From NCBI GenBank assembly GCA_000708835.1, contig DF237409.1, positions 11,286 through 75,285 on the forward strand: 64,000 bases of DNA, read 5' to 3'. The notes beneath the pieces were generated by a model that was given only the letters and a program-made list of their open reading frames with translations, had not been told where the DNA came from and searched no databases. The first letter of the stretch is position 1. Each line of letters begins with the position of its first letter. Below, piece by piece: positions 19,032 through 33,200 of this stretch. The stretch comes from Klebsormidium nitens. Taxonomy: Eukaryota; Plantae; Klebsormidiophyceae. The position numbers were made by a program, and so were the translations under genes.

Positions 19032-21421
19032 ATGGCTTCCGAAACTGATGCTGAAGAAGACTTGATGGAAGGTGAGGGGAGCCTTGGGTTCAATTTGGTT
19101 TTCAGCGTTGTTGATGATGATGCATGAGCTAAACTGGAAGACGTCACATAAATGTCTTGACAGCGGTCATTGGTATGTAAGACTTTCTTTAGCGATAGCC
19201 CCGCTTTTGCCAGATTGCCAACAAAGTGGGTACAAGGTTTTGTGAAGGCTGCTTCATGAGCAGGGATCTTACAGTTTGAAGGCTGGCCCTGCAGCCTGCC
19301 CAGTTCCGATGAGCCATACCCAACTTCAAAATCACTTGTCCAGGTCTTGATGCGGCCCGCGGCGCTGACGACGATGATTTGTACGGTGACTTGTACGCTG
19401 ATGTTGGTCAGGGGAAGAAAGTCCTCAAGACCGAATTGCAAGAGGTGCAGAGACAACCGATTGGATTTGGAGAAGAAAGAGAACCTTTCTCTTACTGCAA
19501 AGAAGCAAATGTTTTTGCTTTATACCACTAGAAATCTCACAACCCAACGATCCGTTGATTGATTGCTGCTAGTCCATTTTGGCGTTGTTGGTCTGGCTTA
19601 CAAAGCATCTGTCACTGTTTGATATTTGATGTTTCATTGTTTGATGCTTGTCATTGTGATGATTCATTCTTCATTGTGGTGTGAAAGCTGATGCATCAAG
19701 TGATGCTTGGTAGACGAGTTTTATTCAATCCCCTTTCTGGTGGTGTAACACTCCAGTTGGAGGAGAGGTATGAACGCAGCCAAGCTCAAGTACAGGAGTT
19801 GGAAGAAAAGGTGAATCGTGTTTTCCTTGTATGCAATGACACTGAGGAGGCATGTCGCTCGAAGCTGCGCAACTCTTGTGAAGCAATCAGATGGTTCATC
19901 CGCTGCCAACAGCCACCTTGTGAATTGAAAGTCCGCTTGCCAAGGGGAGATTGATGACGCATCTGAACAACTTCATGATTGTCGAGTGCCCTTGGGAACT
20001 GATCAGGGATATAAGATGAAGGCATAGCACTTTTCTGAGACGTTGCGCTAGTTCTGATGGGTCTCCTTGCGCCCTGCGACAGACTGCAAAGCTTGAAAAC
20101 GAACGAAGGATCCTCATCAAAAACATATCCGCCCTTTTCAAAGTGAGTTCGGTTCACGCCTGCCACGCCTTTCTGCTGTGTTGTTTTGTATGCTCCTACT
20201 GCTGTCTGCAAATCCTCATTGCAGCATGAGCAAGCCTGACGTTCGTCTGATGGTTCTCAATCGACCGAATGATTGAGAGACATAGTGTCTCTTCCTGACC
20301 GTCGGATCCTCCCAGCTCACACGAATGCCCTCTTAACTAAGAAACGGCTGGGATTGTTTTCTGTTCCAGACCGCTCAGATGGAGGTTAAGCGAAAAGACG
20401 TGCAGATTAGCGAGCTTCGGCAAGAGTGAGGAACCTGCAGTCTTGAGATCTCCCAGTCTGATTACTCTCACTGCTGCAGATGGAAGTCTTGGGATGTTTG
20501 GCTTTCTCAGCGAGCTTCGACTTCAAAAACTTGCTGGTCTTTGAAACAAAGACGTTCTTTCCATTTGTCTGGTGGCTTCTATTCACAAACCATCAAACGC
20601 TGGACTTTGTTACAGACCATCGCGCATGACCTTAATGTCTGGAAACCCCTTGCTTTAACCGTCCTGCCTAAAGTACTAGAGATGGACGCTAAAGGACACG
20701 TCAAATACCCCTTAGTAGTCGGCCCTTGTGTGCAGCATGGCAAAGGCGAGAGCTTACATTGAGTCGAGGCTGACCCGTCCAGCTTCTCGAGATAAGGAAC
20801 GAGGGGGATCCGTCAAGCCCGAAAACCGAGGGGAGGTGAGGGTCAGTTCGGTTGATTTGGGACTCCCTTTCTGCTCCGTTCCCAGCCGCTTCTTTCTTTC
20901 CCTCTCTCTCTCGTTCCTATGTCGTTCCTCAACACCCATGATCGATGCAAGCGCGCTGCTTGTCATTCTTGAAGACCGAAATACAGGACAACGCATGTCG
21001 ATTCAGCGCAGCGCTGATTGGTTTGGAAGGCCGTCTTAGCACCTTTTCAGATCATGGTTTCGGTTCGCTCGTTCAGTCGATATGACGGCCTAACTTCTTA
21101 AAGGTTGCTCGTTTCACCGCGGAATCGAGTCTGGACTCTCTTGATGTCGTATCATCGTTGTTTACAAGTCGACGTGCGTTCTCGGAGGAAGCAAAAACCT
21201 CATAACCGGGGGTAGACGTGCAAAACTAGATGCTGCAGAGGGTTGATCTTAGGCAGGGTAACGAAGAGATTCTTTTCAACGATCTGCAGAGGGAGCGGAG
21301 CCGGTCTGTGGACGTTGCTGGGGTTCGGCGGGCCAACGAGAGTCCTTCAGGAGAGCCGTCAAGGCATCGTCCCAGCCAAGGGCCGGACTCCTCGTCCCGT
21401 TTTCGAGATAGGCCCGGATAG
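19032..21421 (+). CDS. Small coiled-coil protein resembling the FLASH/CASP8AP2 N-terminal domain, with an Arg/Ser-rich tail
   Basis: Phase-consistent exons 19032-19071, 19344-19444, 19757-19810, 20083-20142, 20370-20425, 20736-20835 and 21290(or 21239)-21421 give MASETD...DDDDLYGDLYADV...LENERRILIKNISALFKTAQMEVKRKDVQISELRQD...RERSRS...RPG*. An alternative stop lies at 20429 if the intron after exon 5 is retained. Confidence 0.7.
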
Positions 21422-22268
21422 GCACGCGAACTATGTCAGAACTAAGTTAAACACCAACTTCAAGTTCAAGATTCTGTACCCTGCGCAGCCGAGTGTCTCT
21501 GCAGTGAAACTTCCTGGACATTGCATAAAGTGCGGTATCGGCGTGTCCCGTATGGCCTGTACGGTGATCAAGAAGGTTTAGTGCCGAGGGTTGCTTGACC
21601 GCATTTTATGTGATGAAGACATGCAAAGAGTGCATTACACTTGCACGCATGAACATCAACGGTTTCGGCCCAATTCCATCCATCTATGTGAGATAGCTAT
21701 ATGTATATCTTAGGCGCCGCGGAAGACCTAGGATGTGCTACTGCGCATGGTTTTTCTCTGCTTGATTCATCTTAGCACGCGGATCGCTGCCCATGCGCAA
21801 AACTCTCAGTTGTACGATCCGCAGAGGTGTGACCCAGCTCTATTACATGTACACACGTATACATGGAATCTGCATGACAACGTTGAGAAAGCGGCGTCGG
21901 CTCCCACATGCCGACGCATGGAGCTTCAAAGCACTGCAAGCGCTTCACAGACCTAGGTGGCACGACTGTCCGACACATACATCTATTTGTAATTAATTAA
22001 ATTGATAAATTAATTTGGGCGAGTCAAGATGGTCGTATGAGTTAGTGCTCAGCTTTATGCGGGACCAAAGTAGCACTGCACAACAGCACAGGTGAGATCG
22101 AAAGCCAGTCACTGAATCGAAGAAAGACCTGTGAGACGTTACCAACGGCCAAGCTATTATTTACATGAATTCCCCCTCGGATAGTCAGAAGACCTAAAGC
22201 GATTCTATCCTACAGTATGGAGTTCGCTGTCGATAAGATTTGCTGATCCTTGCCAACCCCTATAAGTA

Positions 22269-25200
22269 CTACCTTGCTTTCGCATACTCCAGTCCAGTAT
22301 CTAAGATAGCAGGCAGTTGCTTGAGCGAGCTCATTTGCGTATACAACATCGGCGTGCACCCCTGCGACATAGCTATGTCGCTTTGGCCGCCACTACTATA
22401 GCTACCCCACACCAACCCCGTACCGCTCGCCTTTACCCCTTCCGTCATTTTAGTTGCCGCATTACTATCCGGTGTCCTTCCAACATCCATGCTTTTCGCG
22501 CCCATATGCGTATACTCCTCCTCGTCACTTCGTTCTGCGTCCCCGTGATCGCCCCGCTCAGACGAACAGGTCTCCTGGAAGCCTTCGTCGTCGTCCTCTT
22601 CCTCTTCGTCCTCGTCTTGTGGCGCGCCTCGAGGCTTCCACTCGTTGTAATGTTGCTCCACGAATCTGCGCACAGCAACAGCTTTTGGTTACAGCACTAC
22701 ACAAAGCTTTCAGCGGAGCAACGAGGTGAGCTCTCTGGAGAGGGAGGGATCCGAAGAAAAACAGGAGAGAAAAGCGTCCCACGGTTCTCCGTGTCAGTCG
22801 TGTCTTGTGGATGAGCCGTTGAATCTGGCGGCTTCCAGACTCGAGCATGTTCCGATCGAGGGCAAGAGTTTCTCCAAAGCATCAACCAATGGGAAAGAGA
22901 CGGACTACAGAGCAACGCCAACAGGACAGAAGCAGCGGCAACAATTATCCACACCAAGATCCGGACGACGAGCTCAAGAACGGCAGCGGAACAGAAACGG
23001 AAGCAGAACGATATAGTGGGCGCTCACTTGAGGGACGCGGGCAGCAGGTAGGGATCGAACGGGAAGAACATGTCGAGCTTGTTGTGGCGCACCGCCCCCG
23101 GTCGCCCCTCGGACCGCTCGTTGCGCTGCAGGACGTCCGAGCAGTCTAGCAGGTCGAAAGCCGCGGCCTGGGCGCAAAACTCCTTCACGACCGCAGGCAA
23201 GCACACCTGTACGAGGAAGAAAGCCGAGAGTCAGAAGGAGTGTGGTACAATGGTCGTCACGTGAATCAGAACTCCAAGTACCATCTCTACGTTATCCTCG
23301 AGAAGGTCGGGCTGATTTTGACTGCAATGAATGCGGTTGGGGGCGCATGAGAGAAGCACCGGACCCTGCAAACCTGCTTTTCAACAGGTCGGAATCCTCG
23401 CCCGACTCGCCTCCCAAAGCTTCACAACACGTAGGTCCTGAACAGCAGCAGCGACCGTTCGGATCCATCTGAGAGCCCTGGGCCCGCCCTAGACCACAAT
23501 CTTGCAAGCGAACCAAGACTGTCGAATCCACTCTGCGTCGACAGCCCCTGACGCTGGACGTCCGAGCTTGTCAAGCGGTCTCCTCGCGTGACAGTGCGCG
23601 AGTTGGCATTTACGCCAACTTCACCGCAGTCTTGACGAGAACTGCGTTCATTGTGGGCTCACCTTCATTGGGTTCAACGCGTGGTGCACGATCTCGCGCA
23701 GCGGCATCTGTTGCAAGGCCTTGCTCAGCACGGGGTCCTTGCTGAGGGCCTCCATCCGGTAGCACAGAATGTAAAAGATGGCCTGCGGGAAACGATCGTT
23801 TGAATCAATACAAGGCCTTCGGAAGGGCAGGCTGTCGCACCCTCACCGCTACGGCCAGCTGCATGCCTAGAGCAGGATGTAAAGACTGCACCAAGTCGGG
23901 GGCCGTCAATCTTCATGGTCTCTCCAATCTTTGCATACAAAGTTGGACATTGCGCCAAAGCAAAGAGCGGATAAAGACTAGGGCTTGAGTAAGAACGGAA
24001 ATCTAAGGAGTGGAAGCGGACAGGCGTCGGCAACGACTTTTCACGATGGCGGGGCCACTCGGTTGCCAAAAAAACGCATATGTCGCTTTGTTACCTCTTG
24101 GGACGACTCTGTCCATCGGGAGCTGCTGCTAGCACTTCACAATAGAAGTCTCTATCCCGTTCAAAATCAGGCTGTGCCACGCCAGAGAGGCTTGCCCAAG
24201 TGTGGGTAAGAATCAAATGCTTGACATCCTCCTAGCAGAATGTCCTTGAGGAAGGAGCTAAGCCCTCACCTGGCAGGCCGAGTAGAAGACGCCGTGCACG
24301 CCCGCGCCTGGCGGGAGACTGTCCGGGTTTGCCATAAGGAGGTCGCCGACGCGGGATGATGCCAGCATGCGGACGTACGAAACGGCCCAGTCCGAAAGCC
24401 TGCTCAAGAACGAGGCGAAGCCAAATGAGTGCGCCAATTAGTGAAAACCCGGAAAGGGGTTCCAGAGAACATTGGGTCCCGGTTGAAGGTGACGTGCGCC
24501 CCGTAGAACAACCGTCCGAATTGTGCTGCAGTCTGAGGCAGCGAGGAAACAAAACAGGGATACGACTGGCACAGCGCTGACGCAGTAGCGTCTGCAGAGG
24601 TTGCCGGGGACGAAGCTCGGCAAGCTACGCCGGACACAGTATCGGATACGCCTTGCGAACCTCAATACCATTCTGCGGAAGGTCGATTGAAGCGGTTCTC
24701 GGCAAGCAGCCGCTCACCTTCGTAGGGAGCTTGACACGACTGAGAGGGGCACATAGTCGGCGCGGGCCAGGAAGCTGGCCAGATAAGCCGCTCCTGCCAT
24801 CCTGCAATTTGCACAGCCGTTGTAACTCGTCAGTGTTTGTCCTTACGAGAATACCCAGATCCTCGAGGTTGAGCAGTGAGCTTGGTACAGAGAGGTTAGC
24901 GCTCTGTGAGATTTAAAGCCCTGCAACAGCCCTGCAACAGCGCGCTTTGAATTGACTTCTATTCGCAGACTCAAGGGCGTTCGCAGACTCAAGGGCGTCG
25001 CGAAACGAGACCCACAAACGCCACGGGAGAATGAAAGGACGAGGAGACCGCGTAGAAGGGAAGGCCGAAGGCTTGCACAGAGGCTAGCTCAGTAAGATGC
25101 AGACATTGTCAGCAGCATCGAGAAAGAGAGCTTCTGCTTCGCAGACTCAACAATGTTGCAAACAAGACCCGACAAGAGTTCACCACAAGACGTAGACAGG

Positions 25201-28200
25201 AGTACGTAGAAGAGACATACCAAAGCTTGCCAGGATTTAGGAAAACGCGGAAGCCTGACCTGGTTTTGTACGAGTTGGAGGGAGCGGCGACCGTGGCCAC
25301 CAGGAGGTCTGCAAAGGCGGCACTTAACCGGGGAGGGTCCAGCGAGCACAGGTAGAACAGCAGGAACTGCAAGACAGCGAAGCAGCAATTACTATGGAGT
25401 GGACAAGCTGCCCCATGGGTGCCGCTTCCTCTGACTCTCCTCTCAAGCCGTGGTAAAGAAAGGGATGAGGTTGCGAGGTTAGCAGCTGCAAATCAAAGAA
25501 AAATCTAGCAACCGGCGTTACGGGGCGTTCAAACAGATCAGTTAGAGCCCTGCACACAGTGTGGCGCTGGAGGTATACTTGGGCAAAAGAGCATGAAAAA
25601 GCTTTCATTCTTCTGATGCTACCTTTCTCGTGCCCACGCGTGCCCAGTTGACAATGTTTTCAGCAACAACTGTGTTTCTCGGCTCTGGTTCCCCGCATAG
25701 AAATCAATGCACCCCAAAACCTTTTCTCGCTCCCCTTCGTTCCGCCTTTATGAGAATATCAGTGGATGAATAGCGACTGGCAGACGCGCGCAACAATCCT
25801 TCCAACCCTTTCCCTTCTCGTTCTCTCGGACTTGTCTAACCCTAAGCCTCCCTTCCAGTCTTCCCCTCACCTGCGTGAACTTGGATCGGTATGTATGTAG
25901 GATCGTCGTCTGGAACGAGTGCAGCAGCGTCTCGAACGTCTCGTCGAGCCGACCGTGCGCCGCCTGCCGCTGCAGGTGCTCGAACGTGAGGCACATTAGC
26001 GCGTCCATCTTGTCCGCCGTTTCGTCTAGCGGGGGCGGCTCCTTGGTTCGCGCAGGCGGGTGCTGCAATCCGACACAGATCACAGACGTCAGGAAGTGCG
26101 CTTAGAATGTTGCTCGAGTGTAACTTGTAAGTGTCGCCTTAGTTTTGCCCAGGTGTTGCCTAAAGTTTTGCCTGACTGAACAAGGTGAAGCAGCAGAAGT
26201 ATCTAAGAAGCCGTCTCGTCCGGGGGAGGGGGTTCCTTGGTCCGTACTAAGTGTGCTGCATCGTAAGAGAGGTCGTAAAAACTTGTATGGATAAGCAAGA
26301 TATGAATCTCAGACGCCATCCCAATACAAGGCAACACAGACCACACATATCGTTTACAAGCAGTCTCTTTGGCCTGCATTGCAAAGCCCCAGCTGATGTC
26401 TTTCACACACCTTTCTGGAACAAGGTCTCTTAATCTCTGTGGCGTTTTCCTTTTTGCGACCAAGCTACCTCCAGGAACGGCTGCATGCCAGCCAGGAATC
26501 GCACCCGAGCAGAAGAGGAGAAACTGTACCTCTTTTCGCATAGCGTCGTCCCCGTGCTCGTCCAGGTCCACATCAAAGTGCAAATCGTCCTCGTCGTCTG
26601 AATCGGCCTCACGCTCCTTTTCCAGAATGTCCTCCCACTTGATCTCCACCTGAAGCCCATGCGAAACCCAAGTTCAGAGGTGAGATAGCGGTTCAAGTGT
26701 ACAAACGAACGACGGTCACAAGAGTCTGATGCGGACGTCCGTCGCCAATGACTGCTGCTCTTTTGTGACGGTGCTTCTAGATGTCTCACCCCCACCGTCC
26801 ATCTACTCTGCTGCCTGTCTACAAAATACTTTCCAGACAATAACAGAACCTCCTGGCAACGCTTTTCCCAAGAAATTAAGAACCATGAAGCATTCCTGGC
26901 CGCATGCGTGTTGTTGAAAGCAACTGCTTATTCTCAAAATCTTTAAAAAGTAACGTTTGCAGAAGCCGAGTGCTTAGGACTGACTATAAGCTCCGCCCGA
27001 AACAATCGGGTGACGGGACCACAAAACGGCTTACGTCGACTTCGATGAGGTGATCCACCACAGCAGTCAGAAGCTTGTCTCGAAGCAGATCCCCCTTCTT
27101 GCCGTCGGCCAGCCGAAACATGCTCTCCATGTAGTTGCCCTGAACCTGCAGGATACGAAGGACCACACTAAGCGGCTTGTTGCAGCCTGAGCTGTTCTAC
27201 AGCAAGAAGAACACTTTCAAACTGCTGAGGTCAGTAGGCCTCGGGCTCTGCAGGACCTGCCTTGAAGGTGTTGCCGAATACAAAACCTGCTCCTGAGAGC
27301 CCTCCGTGGAAGTATGGAGGGCACAAATTCGCAGAACCCTGACCTGAAACCTGCTAAACCTGGAAACTTCAGCAGGTGTTATCACACACCAGCGAAAAGG
27401 TGCCCCCAAATCCTCTAAAACTGCAACATGAACGATTCACGGCAGCTCACCTCTCGGTCCAGGCGCTTGTGCGGCATCCTCCGCAGCACAATCGGCTGCA
27501 GCCGAGACGTTGCAATCGGCACCAGATCCATCAGCCGCTCCAGGGTCTTATGCACCGCCCCAAGCACCGCCTCTTTCCTCGCAACCTGCGCTTCCAGCAC
27601 GTCTGACGTGACCCGCGCCCCTGGCTGGAGCGCGGGCGGGAGGAAGTTACGCACGAGCATGTCGAGGCAGAGGGGCAGGCAGCCCGCCGTGTTGGCAGAC
27701 GCCTGTGGAGGGGGGTAAAGAAACATCAGTGTGGAGGGGGGCTAGAAAAGTTTACAGTGGAGCGCTGCAAACATTTGAAAAATTGCAAGAGCGAGTGATT
27801 GCTATAGATGATAAGGGGTGAACCAAGGAGAACAGGTTCTTGACAAGATCGAAATAATTTTTGTGTGCACACCGATCATCGCGGCCAAATTTTTGACTTC
27901 TTATCCGATCTTACATAGGTTGCCCTTGAACTTCAAAAGATGCTCCTGGAGCTTGAAGTGAATACGAAAGGGGCAACCCTTCCAAGGCTTTCAGAGAAAT
28001 CCCGCTCGCTTACTTCAACTGCCTTGCCAAGATGCAATCTCCCTTGAACTCCGCACATGCTGGGTGAACCATCTAACAATCGTCTGTTTAGGTTCACCGC
28101 GAAGGCCTTCTAAACCACCAAGGCCCCAGAGTCTCTGATGAAACAGTGTGTGTTCCTTTCGATGCATGATGAAACAATGCCAGAGGATACACTGGGACAC

Positions 28201-29584
28201 GATACACTGGGACACTTCCGAGAAAAGTAAACAGAAACTCACCAGATTAATCGCAAAGTCCAGCAGTGCTGCGTTAGCCTCGTCTGCTGAGATCCATAGG
28301 CTGCCCCCGAAGACCTGCATCAAGGAACAGGAATCTTGAGCCCGATGCCAAAACGAAAAAGATCAGGCAACAACCACTTGCAACATTGCAGACACTGATT
28401 CACAAAAGCACAGGCGCAATGTCAGACAAGTACAATTGCTGCAGTCCTTTCCAACCAGCTTAGCTGCATCCTTGATTTGAATATCAACTCCAGATGATGA
28501 TGAGAGATGATGAATATCAACTCCAGATGCACAGCACACACTGCTACTGAAGAATGAACACAGTAATCTTTTTTTTTTTCCAACAGACAGCCGATACCCA
28601 ACCTTGTAACCTGTACATTTTCAGTCCACCGAAAGTACTTTCCAGATCAACTGACACCCGCAGACTAACCCAATCCCTAGGAATGAGGAAGCTTGAGTCG
28701 GCAATGAAACCTCACCTTCAGCAGGAGCGCCTCATGCGCACGCTCGTCCAAGTGGGACACGCTCTGAGACAGGACCTTCAAGACAGCCTGCAAATAGGTG
28801 ATGGTAATAAGATGCGTCTTTGGCCAAGTGCTGACTTTCAAATGTAATATCTTATGAGGAATTTCAAAGAATGTTACGGAGCAGGAAACGATGGTGCTGA
28901 ACACTCTCAGACTGGCAACGCACCACATGGTATCACATGCAATTAGTTTGCAAGCACACGCTGGTGACAAGCAACTTGATTTTCACACTCAACAATCCCT
29001 TGCAAAACCCTAAAATGTCGATGTCAGAGTTTCGTGACAACTCACCACATCCTCCCGTATCTTTTCAGCCTCTCCAATCAGCTGGTTGTACTGGGTTGAG
29101 GGGCCCTACAGATCAAACACCAATCAGTGGTCGCATTTCTGCACAACCTGGACTACCAAGAGATTGGGCAATCGAGGCCTTCTCATCTGCCACCATGCAG
29201 ATTGGAAGGCGTGCTTAATCCTCTTTTAAAGAGCTAAGATGACTCTAGTGCGTACTCTGTTTGATGTGGTGCCTCATCTAAGGTACTGCTACTCCAGCAA
29301 CCTACAAACCATTACCATATATACTCGCTCCATCGTACCCTAGTGGAACCAGGATATACTCCATCAAGCTGATCCTGGATTTCACGAAACTCCGCACAGC
29401 TATGAGAAGTATGTCCAATATGCAATTGGTATCCGTATAAATCAGGTATGTTGTCACGAAGCTGCACAAGAGGACTCACCTTCAATCTCTCTGAAAGTGC
29501 AGTCAATATCCACTGCCGGAGCAGCTTCGATCCTGCCTGCAATGGCAGAATTGTCCCGGACGCTGGAGGCATCTCCATCGCCAT
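22269..29584 (-). CDS. RRN3: RNA polymerase I transcription initiation factor RRN3 (TIF-IA); start codon tentative
   Basis: Multi-exon minus-strand gene. Recognisable RRN3 segments: LCLDMLVRNF...LVPIATSRLQPIVLRRMPHK (27702-27451), AVVDHLIEVD (27145-27035), VEIKWEDIL plus acidic loop (26649-26530), KMDALMCLTFEHL...FQTTILHTYRSKFTQ (26062-25871), LDMFFPFDPYLL, and an acidic C-terminal tail. Confidence 0.9.
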
Positions 29585-30255
29585 CAGACACGACCAGCAT
29601 ACGAAGGGACTCTTGCACCGTTTCTACAGGAGGGCACCCAAAGGTCTCCTAACCGCAGTCTAAGCGACCCAACCGGCTGCCTCCTGCTCTTTGAAGATAA
29701 GGCACGAACTAGGAGGCAACCAACGGCCAACCTACCTAATCTCCTTTGGGTTCACTAGTACTTGGCGCCTACCTACCTTCAAAACTTCCTTCTCAGAGAG
29801 AACGTTTTCTGAGTGCGTTGATCAGCAGTGCAGCTACTCTGAGCTGAACTGTGAAGGGATCCCGCATTCCGACGGAACCGCCCCGGAAAGAGAGCGGAAG
29901 CCGGCCATCTTTGAAGGTTGAAAGTTTGAGGCTGAATTCGTCCAGCTAAAATTGGAAAGCTTGCTGAAATCCATCCAGAGTGAAGAAGAGGGAAGGGCGC
30001 CGGCAAGCAGGCTGCAGCAGCAGCACGACTACTTTCTGATGGTGAAAATGGTGACGCAAAAAACGCAAATTCATGCGTGGCTCCAAGATTCAGCTACTCA
30101 GAGATAGCAGGCTCCATTGCCAGTCGCGACCAGAGGGAGGATCGTAATGGTGGAATGTGGATCTGACCTCCGACCCTGAACAACAATCAATCGCTTCTGT
30201 CCAATTAGAAGTCCCTGGACGCCTCTTTTCAGATACCTTTGAAGCTCTTGGCAAC

Positions 30256-33200
30256 ATGATCTGGTTAGCGGTGCTGGTTGCACTGCTAGCGGCCGCAGGC
30301 AATAACATTGGAAAAGTCTTGCAGAAGAAGGGGACACGAGGGCTGCCCTTGTTAAAGCTGGATGTGAAAGTGAGACGCCACTCATTATCCGTGGTTGGAG
30401 TGCCCCATCTGCTCTCTTGTCCTCTGCTTGCCGAAGGTTCAAGATCCTGAAGTGCAGTCGATGCTCTCCTTGTACACCCTGCGACGTTGAATAGCATTTA
30501 CATGCATCATTTTTCCAAAGGCAGGACAGCGGAGGCCTGAACTTCGGCAGTATGATTCAGGTCGTATGATCTGCTGAAATCAGCTCTGATTATTTGGCAC
30601 CAACGTTTTTTTGTCCAGGTTTTGTATGCTTATCTGTCAAGCCCCACATGGACGTTTGGACTTCTTATTGACGTCTCGGGGGCGCTTCTGATGATCAAAG
30701 CAGTCTCGGAAGCACCGGTGAGCTTTGCCCCTTTCATGATGCCTTTCAAAATCTACTTCAAAGTCACACGACAAAGTAGTGGCATTGAAATAAGCACACT
30801 TGGTAGGTTGAGAAGGCATCTCTTTTGGAAAAAATGATGTCTTATAACCAACGACCACCACCAACTAGAAGTCTTGGTCAACCTTAGTCCTTAATTGTAG
30901 GACTACTTGGGAGCTTTAGTTTCATCCTTTGTGAATGATGAGAATGATGTGACTAATGAACCCACTGGTAGATGGTCAAAATAACTGGTCTTGTCAGGCT
31001 GGCCGTCTTGAACCACTTTTCCATTGCAGGTGTCCATTGTCCAGCCTGTGTCCGGCTGTGGCCTAGCTATCCTCGCTGTGTTTTCCCACTTCTATTTGGA
31101 GGAGGTCATGCAGAAGAAAGATTGGATAGCAGTCACCTTCGCTGCGCTGGGGACCATCGGTGAGGGTCCAAGCTTCCTTCTTCAATGAACTCTTTCCGAC
31201 ACAATATGTCTCGCAAACATTGTATCGATAGCTTCCTCTGTGATAGTTTGCAATCTTGAGGAAAACAACACTTCAATCTTCTTGATGAAAATGTGGTCAT
31301 CACTGTGCCAGCAGTGATGGGGCATTGGTTAGTAGCTTTAGGAAAGAACCTCATCTTTTCTCTGCATTTAACCATCGTGAATCCAAGGTCGGTATCTCTA
31401 TTACTGCAGGCATTGGGGTGTCCGCCGAAGATGGAGCCAAGGATGAGGTCTCCTTATGGCATCTAGCCCTCTTCGGTGCGCTTGTGGGGTCCTTCCTTGT
31501 AAGTTCCCACCCCCAACACGAGTAGCCATTTCGCAATGACGCTGACAATGCCTCCTCAATTTCAGCAGATCGTGGGGCTGTAGGTGACTGTATCTGTACC
31601 CTACCCATTTCCAATCAACAAGGGTCCTTGCTTCTGACTGAGAAGGTAGAGGGCCTCACAATTGCAGGGCTTGGTTGATATGGTGGCTCAGAGCAGTCGA
31701 AGCAGCGTCCGACGGCCTGGAGGAGGCAGCTCGCCTATGTCACCTGGGGTAAGGCAGATTTATCCAGTTGTTTGTTTGTCGTGCAGCTGCTCTTGCCTTT
31801 CGCAGAATTAGGACTGGTTGCTTCGAACAACCTTGACCAAATGCTCCTTGCATTCAAGCCTTGACTCGTCTGGCTGACATACTGGTATAGATGATATTAA
31901 GACCAGTAGTCAAGTCGCAGCCTTTTGCCTGGAATGGATGTGACAAAGTCACATTTCTGATTGGTTTTGGTAGTCGTTTGTTGGTTTTTTTCCGAGGCGT
32001 CCTGAACCCCAGGAAGCAGGGAGCACCACCCCTGAAGCACGAGCTTCATTCTCTAAAAGCTCGTCCTTGCACTTCTAAATTGACAGGTCCAACTGTATCA
32101 GCAGAGGCCAGACGTTGGTAGCGAGGTTGCGGCAGGGGCGCAGGCTGGAGTTTGTTTCGGGTGAGTATTTAGAGCCACTGGCCGTTCTTCCAGATCCGAC
32201 CAGATGTTGCATCGGGTACGTCAGGAATAGACCAACGAATCAGCTCTCCTGTTGTAAACAGAAGGCTAAGATCAAAGGAGTGTCTGGGCCAGAGAGTATG
32301 CCTTTGCTGCAAGTTCTGAGTGTAGCAGTGTAATTACTGCTACTTTGAGAAAGCCACAGAAAAGGATGCTGTTTATGTCATCACCATGAAACAGAAGGAA
32401 AGGCATATTTGTGAAGTGAGTTAAGTTTGTCGCTGTCAACAAGGAGAAGGGCATACACTCTGAATCGGATCACGAGGTGCAATCAGTGCCTTACTACTCT
32501 TTTTCGCGTTGTGCAGTCTTTCGGCGGCCGTCTGTCGTACGGGCTTCCTCTTAGTCCAGGACGGCTACCCAGCATTCTGCATCGCGGCTGGAATCGCTGC
32601 AAGCGTAGCTCTTAGCAGCAGCGGATTCTACTTCCAGGTGAGGACTGATCTGCGTACGTCCGTTGTTGCAAAGCGACAGTCGAACGACTTAACATAGAGG
32701 AGAGATTGTCCTTGACTACATGTTTGTGGGTGGCTTTTTCACTGATGCAAGAGAGCACCGGTTCGACTATGGTGGAGCCTACTGCTTGAAAGATTGTGTC
32801 TGATCCGGAGTTGTGATTTCACATGAATGGCAGCCAAGCAGACGAGCCGACTAAAGCCGTTTCGGGGTCGAACCGGTTTTCCTACGCTCCATTCAACATT
32901 ATCAAAAGAGGTCTGGTCTTCTTGATTGATCGTTCGGCACGCTTTGCTTGATTGAGCTCAACGTACTCGCGGTGGAATTGTGCAGACGAGGGGGCTCAAG
33001 GAGGGCAGAGCGGTGGTCGTATCGACTTGCGCTGCTGTCGCGGCCATTGTGACAGGGGTCTTGGTAGGCATGTTTGCGTTGGGGGAGCGGCTGCCGTCGG
33101 GGCTCGGAGCGATGACGTTGCGATTACTTAGCTGGTGAGTAGTTTCTGAATCATTCTTCTCGACACGTGTGTTATTCATTTCAACATCCGTGTTGGCTTT

